From Azospirillum sp. CAG:239 (GTDB taxonomy: Bacteria; Bacteroidota; Bacteroidia; Bacteroidales; Paludibacteraceae), in assembly GCA_963619585.1 (NCBI GenBank), contig CAVEXR010000032.1, positions 1-23,620 of the forward strand: 23,620 nucleotides of DNA, written 5' to 3'. Of this stretch, positions 16,373-23,147 are shown in pieces; the first letter of the stretch is position 1; the number at the start of each line of letters is the position of its first letter. The translations under genes were made by a program, and so were the position numbers. A model generated the notes under the pieces. The model did not search any database, was not told the origin of the DNA, and saw nothing but the letters and a program-made list of their open reading frames with translations.

Positions 16373-16676
16373 CTTGTGCGCCTCCCCGCTCGTCAAGCGG
16401 CGTAAATGTTACCTTACCTATCAACATAGGCAATTCGCCGCAATGGATGTAAAACATAGACCTCGGGTTGATTGCCTGATTTTTGCAAAGACGAAAGAAA
16501 AAAGCGTCAAGTTTGCGAGCCTCGTATAACAGCGTCAGCCTCATCGGGTCAATTCGTAAAAGTTCAATGTAGCAATACTGCACGAAGTCGTCAAACACCC
16601 GTTCAGGCACCACATTCGCAAATTTCTGCGGTATCTGCTTGCCCCATAGATAGCGTATAATTTCTTCATGCGTCAT
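16359..16676 (-). CDS. Sigma-70 region-2-like protein, 105 aa
   Basis: The track start at 16757 is a TTG inside the AT-rich hub, so I use ATG 16676 (MTHEEIIRYLWGK...). The segment VFDDFVQYCYIELLR...KLDAFFFRLCKNQAINPRSMFY resembles the ECF-type region 2 pattern (D.vQ..f..l ... fl.ri..N...d..R). Confidence 0.4.
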   Translation of the reverse strand: MTHEEIIRYLWGKQIPQKFANVVPERVFDDFVQYCYIELLRIDPMRLTLLYEARKLDAFFFRLCKNQAINPRSMFYIHCGELPMLIGKVTFTPLDERGGAQDEVE

Positions 16677-16698
16677 AGTAGGTTTTAGAAGGTCATTC

Positions 16699-17026
16699 CG
16701 TGCGTTTATAAATTTATAAATCACGGCAAAAGTACTGAAAAATAACCAATTACGCAAAATAAATCACTCGAAAAAGCCAATTTTTGCCCCGTTTATAAAT
16801 TGATTATATTTAACATTTCCCCGTAACTCAATATAAATCAACGAGTTGCAGCCGTTTATAAATTTATAAATTATTTGGGGGTATTTTGCCTCGTGTGCGC
16901 GCGTATATATGCGTGTGCGCGAGAAAAAAAAATAATTTTATAAAATAAGGGTTATTATATTGAATATCAATAGAATATAGTTTATAAATCATATATAATT
17001 CACTTTATAAACGGTTTATAATTTTA
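16699..17026. promoter_or_regulatory. AT-rich non-coding hub with about eight copies of the TTTATAA(A) palindrome; candidate operator array and/or replication origin
   Basis: Copies: cgtttataaatttataaat at 16703-16721 and 16853-16871 (two overlapping cores each), ccgtttataaatt at 16789-16801, ttttataaaa at 16937-16946, gtttataaat at 16980-16989, ctttataaac at 17003-17012, and ggtttataat at 17013-17022. No ORF of 60 aa or more lies here on either strand. Confidence 0.55.
16892..16921. other. 30-nt perfectly alternating pyrimidine-purine tract (Z-DNA-prone) followed by an A9 run
   Basis: The tract cgtgtgcgcgcgtatatatgcgtgtgcgcg alternates Y-R at all 30 positions. It contains the direct repeat cgtgtgcgcg twice, flanking (ta)n. 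An A9 run follows at 16924-16932. Confidence 0.7.
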
Positions 17027-17069
17027 TGAAATATAGGGTTTTTATGTTTGATATAGTAGAAAATATGTT

Positions 17070-17357
17070 TTATTTGTCGTTTTCGTTCATTTGGTCAATT
17101 AACTTGACAAAGGTGTCGAAATCGTGGATGATATAAACGAGGTGGGGAAATCTCTGCTGCCATATGACCTGCTCGGGTCGCACCTTTGCATTTTTTGACT
17201 TTTTGAACTCTACGAAAAAGAACTTACCTTGACTTGTGAGGAAGGAGTCGTCAGGAATGCCTTTGTTACCGTTCTTTTCGTTTTTCCAGCACACGCACCC
17301 GTGTGTGCGTGCGTATGCTCTGCATTGTTTTTCTAATTGGCTTTCGATGTGTTGCAT
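17070..17357 (-). CDS. VRR-NUC domain nuclease, 95 aa
   Basis: The track ORF is 17070..17444, and its extension runs through the hairpin element. ATG 17357 gives MQHIESQLEKQCRAYARTHG.... The segment GIPDDSFLTSQGKFFFVEFKKSKNAKVRPEQVIWQQ matches the VRR-NUC core (G.PD ... f.E.K ... Q..w). Confidence 0.65.
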   Translation of the reverse strand: MQHIESQLEKQCRAYARTHGCVCWKNEKNGNKGIPDDSFLTSQGKFFFVEFKKSKNAKVRPEQVIWQQRFPHLVYIIHDFDTFVKLIDQMNENDK

Positions 17358-17378
17358 TGCCGTAAATAGTATTTTTAA

Positions 17379-17449
17379 GCGTTTTGCGGGGCTTTTACCC
17401 ATTGAGTGGTACAAGTTACCACCTTTGAGAAAAGAACCCCGCAAAACGG
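17379..17449. repeat. Quasi-palindromic intergenic element, copy A
   Basis: The outer inverted repeat is ttttgcgggg ... ccccgcaaaa, with an inner hairpin gtggta-caagt-taccac. It shares a 17-nt arm, gcgttttgcggggcttt, with copy B. Confidence 0.7.
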
Positions 17450-17456
17450 CTGCAAA

Positions 17457-18101
17457 TTAGTTTTGCTTGTTTTGGTAATCAGAAATGAGTTTGTCAAATT
17501 CTGTGGAATAAAAATCATAGGTTAACCTTGACCGCTCGTAGAGGTATTGCTCGATTCGGGCATTATCTGACATATTTCCCGAGCCCTCGAAAACAAAATA
17601 AGCGTCGCCTCGCTTTGCACACACAACCTTTGAGTGGTTGTGGAGGTAAACAAATCGAGTTCGGTCAGTATGGGTGGCACAATACTCTGCGAGTTGCAAC
17701 GCCCATTTCTCGGGCTTTTTCGTTTGGTTGAAAAAAGACGAAATAATAAAATTGGCGTATTTAATTCTTCCGTCGTCGAGCATCTGCGTGATGGCGGCAA
17801 CGGTTGGCTCATTGATTCGATAGATAGCGAGATAGAGTTCGTCGATGTTACCCGCCGTCAGGAGATGGCATATAAATGCGTAAGCGTTGAACGCCTTTTC
17901 AGTCAAAATTCGCCACTGCTCTCCCTCCTGCGGCTCATCGCATAGGTCAGCGAGAGCCTTTGCAGCAGCGTAGTGCCTTTCCTCATTTTTGACAAAACGC
18001 TTCTGCGCCTTTGAGTTTACCACTTTTTCTTCGATTTGAGCCGACTTGTGTATGTGCGGCTTGTTAAAATCGAAATTGAGGTCAAAATTTAGATTATCCA
18101 T
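17457..18101 (-). CDS. PLD-superfamily (HKD-like) protein, 214 aa; putative nuclease
   Basis: There is a single HKD-like motif, HSKVVCAKRGDAYFVFEGSGN (aa 156-175, nt 17577-17636). The D-x6-GSxN half is exact, while the spacing is HxK-x7-D rather than x4. Upstream, IDELYLAIYRINEPTVAAITQMLDDGRIKYANFII resembles the PLD fold's first strand-helix-strand. Confidence 0.45.
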   Translation of the reverse strand: MDNLNFDLNFDFNKPHIHKSAQIEEKVVNSKAQKRFVKNEERHYAAAKALADLCDEPQEGEQWRILTEKAFNAYAFICHLLTAGNIDELYLAIYRINEPTVAAITQMLDDGRIKYANFIISSFFNQTKKPEKWALQLAEYCATHTDRTRFVYLHNHSKVVCAKRGDAYFVFEGSGNMSDNARIEQYLYERSRLTYDFYSTEFDKLISDYQNKQN

Positions 18102-18103
18102 AA

Positions 18104-19303
18104 TTAGAATAATTTTTGAGAGTTAAACATGTGTAGTTGGTTTTTTCGAACCCACAAGCGTTCTTGTTTGTCTTGTCTGCTTGTTGTGCCTCCTTGTAGG
18201 CGGCTTTTTCGGCTGAAGACTGCTATGCACTCGAAATCGTCGGGAGCGGCGTATTCGGACACAACGACCAATTCTTCCTGCTTTCTGCACCAATTGAAAA
18301 AAGCGTCATTATCGAAAGAGCCAGTAATATATTCAGCAGTATTGGCATACGGCGGGTCACAATAAATTAGGCTATTGGTTTCTATCTTTATTTGGTCATA
18401 CGATGTTTGCAGGCGTTGCAGGCGTTGCAGGCGTTGCAGGCGTTGCAGGCGTTGCAGGCGTTGCAGGCTTTGCAGGCTTTGCAGGTCTTGCAGGCCTTGC
18501 AGGCTTTGCAGGCTTTGCAGGCGTTGCAGGCGTTTTGTGAGATAGATATATTCGTAACTATGGCAGTCGGGTAGCGCAGGCAGCATTTCGCACAATTTGG
18601 CATACATCTCGGGCGTAGGGAATTGCCACTGACAACTGCTAAACCAGTGGCTGAACATTTGAGTTTCCGTGTGTTCGTTAATATCTTTCGGGCGCAGTCC
18701 ACTTTCTTTGAACGCTTTTCGCAGCATAGCGAGAGCGTCTTGTTGAGTGGCGTTCAGCAACTCCTCCGTCTTGCGTCTATCCTCGTCTGTTGGCACGGGC
18801 ATTGACCGACTTTCAAAGAAATACTGAATATATTTCTCACGGCACTCGTCTTGATTTTTCTTGACCCACTCGAAAACATTTCCCGTTGGTTTCAGCCCAA
18901 TTGCCCATAACTCCGTAAGGTCTTCGAAGACATAGGCACTATGCAGGGCGTGCTTCCAATCTTCTATTTCAGCGGCGTACATGTATGTTTGCATATTGTT
19001 ACCGAAAGACCAGCACAACGCCACGAACGGGTCTGTGTCTTTGCGCGCGAAAAAGTCTTCACGGCTGACCCATTCGGTGTTGTTGTGGTAATTGCCTGCG
19101 ATGGCGTCGCAAAAGAGTTGCACGCCCATTCCCTGCAAGTCATTGCATATAAAATTGCGGAACTTGCCCGAAAGCATAGCGGCGTGAGTGATGGCGCATC
19201 CGCCTGCGAAAAGGTCGTAAAAATTGCGGCGTTGTGGTAACATCTCCACTAATTGTTTGGCAACAGCGTTCTTGCTGCCCATATAAGGTACTCCGTAAGT
19301 CAT
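18104..19303 (-). CDS. Dam-like (D12-class, alpha-group) N6-adenine DNA methyltransferase, 399 aa, with an internal tripeptide repeat
   Basis: The N-terminus reads [18 protein letters not shown], followed by motif [16 protein letters not shown], and the catalytic motif [12 protein letters not shown]. Motif I precedes motif IV, the alpha order. The ATG forms an ATGA overlap with the SNF2 stop. Confidence 0.8.
   Translation of the reverse strand: MTYGVPYMGSKNAVAKQLVEMLPQRRNFYDLFAGGCAITHAAMLSGKFRNFICNDLQGMGVQLFCDAIAGNYHNNTEWVSREDFFARKDTDPFVALCWSFGNNMQTYMYAAEIEDWKHALHSAYVFEDLTELWAIGLKPTGNVFEWVKKNQDECREKYIQYFFESRSMPVPTDEDRRKTEELLNATQQDALAMLRKAFKESGLRPKDINEHTETQMFSHWFSSCQWQFPTPEMYAKLCEMLPALPDCHSYEYIYLTKRLQRLQSLQSLQGLQDLQSLQSLQRLQRLQRLQRLQRLQRLQTSYDQIKIETNSLIYCDPPYANTAEYITGSFDNDAFFNWCRKQEELVVVSEYAAPDDFECIAVFSRKSRLQGGTTSRQDKQERLWVRKNQLHMFNSQKLF
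18407..18532 (-). repeat. 14 tandem 9-bp units (ttgcaggNN) encoding (R/S/G/D)-L-Q x14 inside the methyltransferase
   Basis: The plus-strand units are ttgcaggcg x6, ttgcaggct x2, ttgcaggtc, ttgcaggcc, ttgcaggct x2 and ttgcaggcg x2. The array is in frame and ends 19 codons upstream of DPPY. Confidence 0.95.
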
Positions 19304-20613
19304 TGCTTTGTAGAATTAAGAAATTGTTGTTGTTGTGTGTCTTTTTTCATGAGAGCCGCCCACACTCTGCTTTCGCAAGTATTGTCGGCGAAGAAATAGT
19401 GAATAGCCACTTGCCGTCGCTGCCCCTGTCGTGCGAGGCGTGCGTTTGCTTGTGCATAAAATTCGTAATTGTAGGTGAGCGAACTCCAGACAATCACTCG
19501 CCCGCCGTGTTGTAGGTTTAGCCCATGTCCAGCGCTTGCAGGGTGAGCGAAAAGGCAATCAATCTCGCCAGCGTTCCACTTTTCGAGAAAGCCTTTTTTT
19601 TGCACACTAACACAGCCAACTCCCCGTGCGGTGAGTAATTCTTGCAGCCAAATTGCCTCCTCTCTGAACGCATAGAAAAGCAGCACGGGCTCGCCTGCTT
19701 CTTTGCAGTCGGCGACAAAATCGGCTACTGCTTCGAGTTTGGCAGAGCGACCGCTTCGGTGCGGCATTGCATTCTCGTCATATACAAACCCATTGCATAG
19801 CGTTTGCAGTTTAGCGAATTTTGCCCCCTCATCGACAGTGAGGCAATCGCCTCCTATACGAAAGCCGAGAAAAGCGTCGAGGTCGTTGTATGCCTTTCTT
19901 TCATCGGCGGACAACTCAACCAAGTGGCGGTTGTGAGTGACGGGAGGAATAGTCAAATAGTCGGCGGCGGTAAGTGTGAATATCTTATCGGCGATAGGTT
20001 GCAGGACATCTGCGAGTGAGCCGTTGAGTACCCACTTGTGGAATTGTAAGCCGCTGCCCGCCAATTGGTCGTGGAAAAAACTTGCCCGCCACGCCCAGAA
20101 GTTGAACCCGCATTTAATTCCGACGGCGGCACATTGCCCAAAAATATCGATAGCACCATTCGCCAGAAATGTACCCGTCAAACCAATTTTGCGTTTGGCT
20201 ATGATTTGGCAGACCGCCCGTGAGCGTTGGCTTTCGAAATTCTTGAACGATGTGAGTTCGTCAATCACCAAAAACTCGAAAGCGTTGCCGGCTATCTCTT
20301 TGACATATTCCCGCCCTATAATCTTGTAAGGGCGTGAGCGGTCAGATAGTGCAAGTGCCCGCTTTCGTGGCGTTCCTGCCACAATAACCATTTTTTCGGC
20401 GATGTCGGTCCATCCCCATTTCTCGGCTTCTTGCCGCCAGACCGTTTCTGCGACACGCTTAGGCGCAACGATACAGAGTGTTGCGGGCTTGTATTCATTG
20501 ACCCAAGACAAAACCGCAGCGGTCTTACCCAAACCCATATCGACAGACAAAATGCAATTTGGGTGGGCGTTGATAAACGCTGCGGCTCTCTTTTGATAAT
20601 CGTGTAATTCCAT
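19300..20613 (-). CDS. SNF2-family (SF2) helicase/translocase, 437 aa
   Basis: LHDYQKRAAAF is followed by motif I, DMGLGKTAAVL, and motif II, LVIDELTSFKN. The C-terminal helicase lobe carries HPASAGHGLNLQ and ANARLARQGQ (motif VI-like). Confidence 0.8.
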   Translation of the reverse strand: MELHDYQKRAAAFINAHPNCILSVDMGLGKTAAVLSWVNEYKPATLCIVAPKRVAETVWRQEAEKWGWTDIAEKMVIVAGTPRKRALALSDRSRPYKIIGREYVKEIAGNAFEFLVIDELTSFKNFESQRSRAVCQIIAKRKIGLTGTFLANGAIDIFGQCAAVGIKCGFNFWAWRASFFHDQLAGSGLQFHKWVLNGSLADVLQPIADKIFTLTAADYLTIPPVTHNRHLVELSADERKAYNDLDAFLGFRIGGDCLTVDEGAKFAKLQTLCNGFVYDENAMPHRSGRSAKLEAVADFVADCKEAGEPVLLFYAFREEAIWLQELLTARGVGCVSVQKKGFLEKWNAGEIDCLFAHPASAGHGLNLQHGGRVIVWSSLTYNYEFYAQANARLARQGQRRQVAIHYFFADNTCESRVWAALMKKDTQQQQFLNSTKQ

Positions 20614-20615
20614 AA

Positions 20616-21995
20616 TCAGAACGGTAGATTGTCTTTTTCTTCTTCATTTTGCGGCACTTCATCCTCTGCGAGCCCTACCTCGTAGGACTTTTGACGCAAC
20701 GACCCAAGCAGCCAATAAGATTGCGTGCTGTATTTTTCGCCAAAGACTGCGATGGCGGCTTTCTCAATCTCTCCCCGGCGCTTGTTGGCTTCCGTTGCGC
20801 CAATTGTTTTGGCGAAGTAGTCGACAAAGAATTTGAGTGAGATGCGATTTTTTGGCGCACTTTCCCGTGAGCAATCGAAATCGGCGTTTTGTATTTCTCG
20901 CAGGAAAGCCGGCTTGCGCAATTCTATTTCGAACTCTTCTGCCCTTTCCTCTCTCTCTCCAACCTCAAACGCCACTTTTTCTATTTTAGCCGTTTCGGCA
21001 TACCAGTCCTCTATTTGCGGCACATTAAAAACAAATTGCCGCCATAGGTTGTAAATCTGCGCCTCGTCGGCTATGGTAGTGGGTGAGGTTTTGAACTCGA
21101 CCGCAAGAAATCGGCGGTCATCCCAGTCCTTTATGAACTTGCGCAGCGGCGTGTTGGATGTTGCGATGTAGTTTGGGCAGCCCTCCCATTGGAATTCGTG
21201 CCCGTAGACTAATCGAGCAGAACCGCCATTCTGCGTCATACGGCGTTTGAAAGTGTCGTAGGTCTTGCCCATATCGGAATAAAAACACTCGTCGAGTAAG
21301 ACGGCGTTGCAGTAAGCAATCAACGGCACGACAAAGGTGGTAATCTGTAACTCTTTGGAGAGTAGCGAGGAGTACTGCCCAACATTCTTGACGGTGTCGG
21401 CGTTGAGAATAGCAATCAGCGTTTCGGCGACAGTGGTCTTGCCCGTCTTTTTTTGCCTTCCCCAAATATAGAGCATACGGCGTAGGCTTGCGGGGAACGA
21501 ATTGCCAGCCCTTACCTGCTGCACGAAATAGGTTATTTTCGCCATATCTGTATCCGATAAAGAATACATCTGTTGCAGCGTTTCAAAAGCCTGCGCGAAA
21601 GTGTCGGCGTTTGGCGGCGTGTTTGGGAAGAAAGCCGCTTGCCGTTTGTCAAGCCTTTTTCGAGCATAGGAGCCGTACCACAATTCCTCCGCAATTGAAT
21701 TGGCGTATCTGTCGTATTTGTCAAAGTTTGACACGACCCCGGCGAACCGCTTGCGGATGGTGGCGCAACGAGGGTTATCCTCCTGTGTTCGTTTGGCACT
21801 CAGATACTTGTCATTCGAAACGGCGTTGGCTACATACTTGACCCCGAATTTAATCTCGGCTATGTTGTCAAAATCGAACTCGGAAATATAATCGACAAAA
21901 TCGACATTCTGCATCTCCGCCGTCAGGTAGTTGGCGACCAATTCCGAAGGGCAATCGGTGGTGCTATTGTTGGCGTTTAATTCTGTGATTTTCAT
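20616..21995 (-). CDS. P-loop NTPase of the VirE/D5-like (SF3-type) primase-associated helicase group, 459 aa, with an acidic ...DNLPF tail
   Basis: The track ORF is 20616..22070. ATG 21995 (MKITELNANN...) is 1 nt after the primase stop. Walker A is GRQKKTGKT and Walker B-like is AVLLDECF. The gene lies directly after the primase. Confidence 0.6.
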   Translation of the reverse strand: MKITELNANNSTTDCPSELVANYLTAEMQNVDFVDYISEFDFDNIAEIKFGVKYVANAVSNDKYLSAKRTQEDNPRCATIRKRFAGVVSNFDKYDRYANSIAEELWYGSYARKRLDKRQAAFFPNTPPNADTFAQAFETLQQMYSLSDTDMAKITYFVQQVRAGNSFPASLRRMLYIWGRQKKTGKTTVAETLIAILNADTVKNVGQYSSLLSKELQITTFVVPLIAYCNAVLLDECFYSDMGKTYDTFKRRMTQNGGSARLVYGHEFQWEGCPNYIATSNTPLRKFIKDWDDRRFLAVEFKTSPTTIADEAQIYNLWRQFVFNVPQIEDWYAETAKIEKVAFEVGEREERAEEFEIELRKPAFLREIQNADFDCSRESAPKNRISLKFFVDYFAKTIGATEANKRRGEIEKAAIAVFGEKYSTQSYWLLGSLRQKSYEVGLAEDEVPQNEEEKDNLPF

Positions 21996-21996
21996 T

Positions 21997-22836
21997 TTAT
22001 TTTGTATAATAGTCGAGGATGTCGCAACCCTCGAAAAGTGGTTTTTTCTCGCAGAAGTCAAAAATTTCAAAGTTCCACTCGGTGGCGGTGTTGAGCCAAT
22101 TCCAGTATTGCCCGTTGTCGGGAATAAGGACTACCCGCCGCCCTTTGAGCGTCTTTAACTTATCACGATTTTTCAACCCTTGCGAACCGCCGCAGGCGAG
22201 CCAGATATTGTTCGGGTAGAAGGCGGACATAAGTGCCGCCGTCTTTTCACTTTCGACAATTGCCACTTTGGCGTCGGGTCTTTCGTTAAGTAAGTGCTCG
22301 CCAAAAAACGGCTGCAATAGCACCTCGCCTGTGTGGTATCTCTCGAAAGTCAAATCTTTGTGCGCCCAAGTAACGGGAGGAAAGAAAGCCTTATCACGAT
22401 GCCCATCGGCTTTGTAGTGAATTTCTTTGCCTGAACGGCAAATGCCGTTCTTGTCAAAGTACCAAAAGATTGTTGAGCCGTTGGCGGCACATCCTATTTT
22501 GTAGCGTTGCCAAACCTCATAAACATCTTGCCCGATAAGTTTCTCGGCGAAGTCAAACAGAGCCGACCGCTTCACCTCTACACACGCCTTATTGAATACT
22601 ATCGGCGCGGGAATATGTACCGGCTTGTGTTCGATTTTATATCGCTTGTCAGTTGCTTTTCGGTCCGGGTACTTGTAATAGCCGCAATTCTGCTCACGGT
22701 CACATCTGCCGAACTCGCTGCCTGCTTTGGTTGAGTTGTCAGCCTTTAGAACGAAAGGCACGAATCGGCGTTGCCCGCATTGTGGGCAAACCTCTTTGCC
22801 GCCGCCTTTTCGCAATTGCCAAATCAATCTCGGCAT
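21997..22836 (-). CDS. Zn-ribbon + Toprim-like DNA primase, 279 aa
   Basis: The track ORF is 21997..22875. ATG 22836 (MPRLIWQL...) is 5 nt after the upstream stop. The zinc-binding residues are CPQCGQ...CDREQNC. The Toprim-like glutamate lies in VAIVESEKTAALM and the acidic motif in VVLIPDNG. Confidence 0.6.
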   Translation of the reverse strand: MPRLIWQLRKGGGKEVCPQCGQRRFVPFVLKADNSTKAGSEFGRCDREQNCGYYKYPDRKATDKRYKIEHKPVHIPAPIVFNKACVEVKRSALFDFAEKLIGQDVYEVWQRYKIGCAANGSTIFWYFDKNGICRSGKEIHYKADGHRDKAFFPPVTWAHKDLTFERYHTGEVLLQPFFGEHLLNERPDAKVAIVESEKTAALMSAFYPNNIWLACGGSQGLKNRDKLKTLKGRRVVLIPDNGQYWNWLNTATEWNFEIFDFCEKKPLFEGCDILDYYTK

Positions 22837-22841
22837 AGTCG

Positions 22842-23051
22842 TTAGAATTTTACAGGTTGCCCATTCTCGTACCAAACGCCGTAGTGTTTGCGAACATTCA
22901 ATTTCATACGGCGAGCAATTCGGAATACCTGCTCGGCTTCAGCCACTCGGTTGGTGGCTTTGATAAAATCAGTAATTGGTTGTATCGACTGCATAGAAAG
23001 AAAGCGTTGCAACTCTGCTGCCAATTCTATTTCGTTTGTTGTGTATCTCAT
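22842..23051 (-). CDS. Hypothetical protein, 69 aa
   Basis: The track ORF is 22842..23132, and its extension runs through hairpin element B. The likely start is ATG 23051 (MRYTTNEIEL...). I recognised no motif. Confidence 0.45.
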   Translation of the reverse strand: MRYTTNEIELAAELQRFLSMQSIQPITDFIKATNRVAEAEQVFRIARRMKLNVRKHYGVWYENGQPVKF

Positions 23052-23066
23052 ATTTATTGTTTTTAT

Positions 23067-23136
23067 GCGTTTTGCGGGGCTTTCTACCTTTGTGCGGTAA
23101 CTTGTACCACCCGCAAGCAAAAAGCCTCGCAAATCG
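23067..23136. repeat. Quasi-palindromic intergenic element, copy B
   Basis: The sequence is gcgttttgcggggctttctacctttgtgcggtaacttgtaccacccgcaagcaaaaagcctcgcaaatcg. Its arms match copy A, and its core ggtaacttgtacc is the reverse complement of the copy A core ggtacaagttacc. Confidence 0.7.
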
Positions 23137-23147
23137 TCTGTAATTAG

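Noticed and set aside
17379-17449. Possible tRNA or tRNA-like gene, given the GCGGGG...CCCCGC acceptor-like stem
   Set aside because: There are only 57 nt from stem to stem. No D-arm or T-arm and no GTTCRANYC-type T-loop can be drawn, so a cloverleaf is impossible. The same holds for copy B.
18136-18170. T-loop-like ttcgaaccc within gtgtagttggttttttcgaacccacaagc
   Set aside because: It lies inside the 3-prime end of the methyltransferase CDS (coding ...[10 protein letters not shown]...). No surrounding cloverleaf is present.
18388-18702. Track ORFs 18388..18702 (-) and 18392..18574 (+), which encode [11 protein letters not shown]... and LQALQALQ... repeats
   Set aside because: They are artefacts of the 9-bp tandem repeat, which is stop-free in the frames these ORFs use. 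They lie entirely inside the methyltransferase gene, whose frame carries the flanking conserved motifs.
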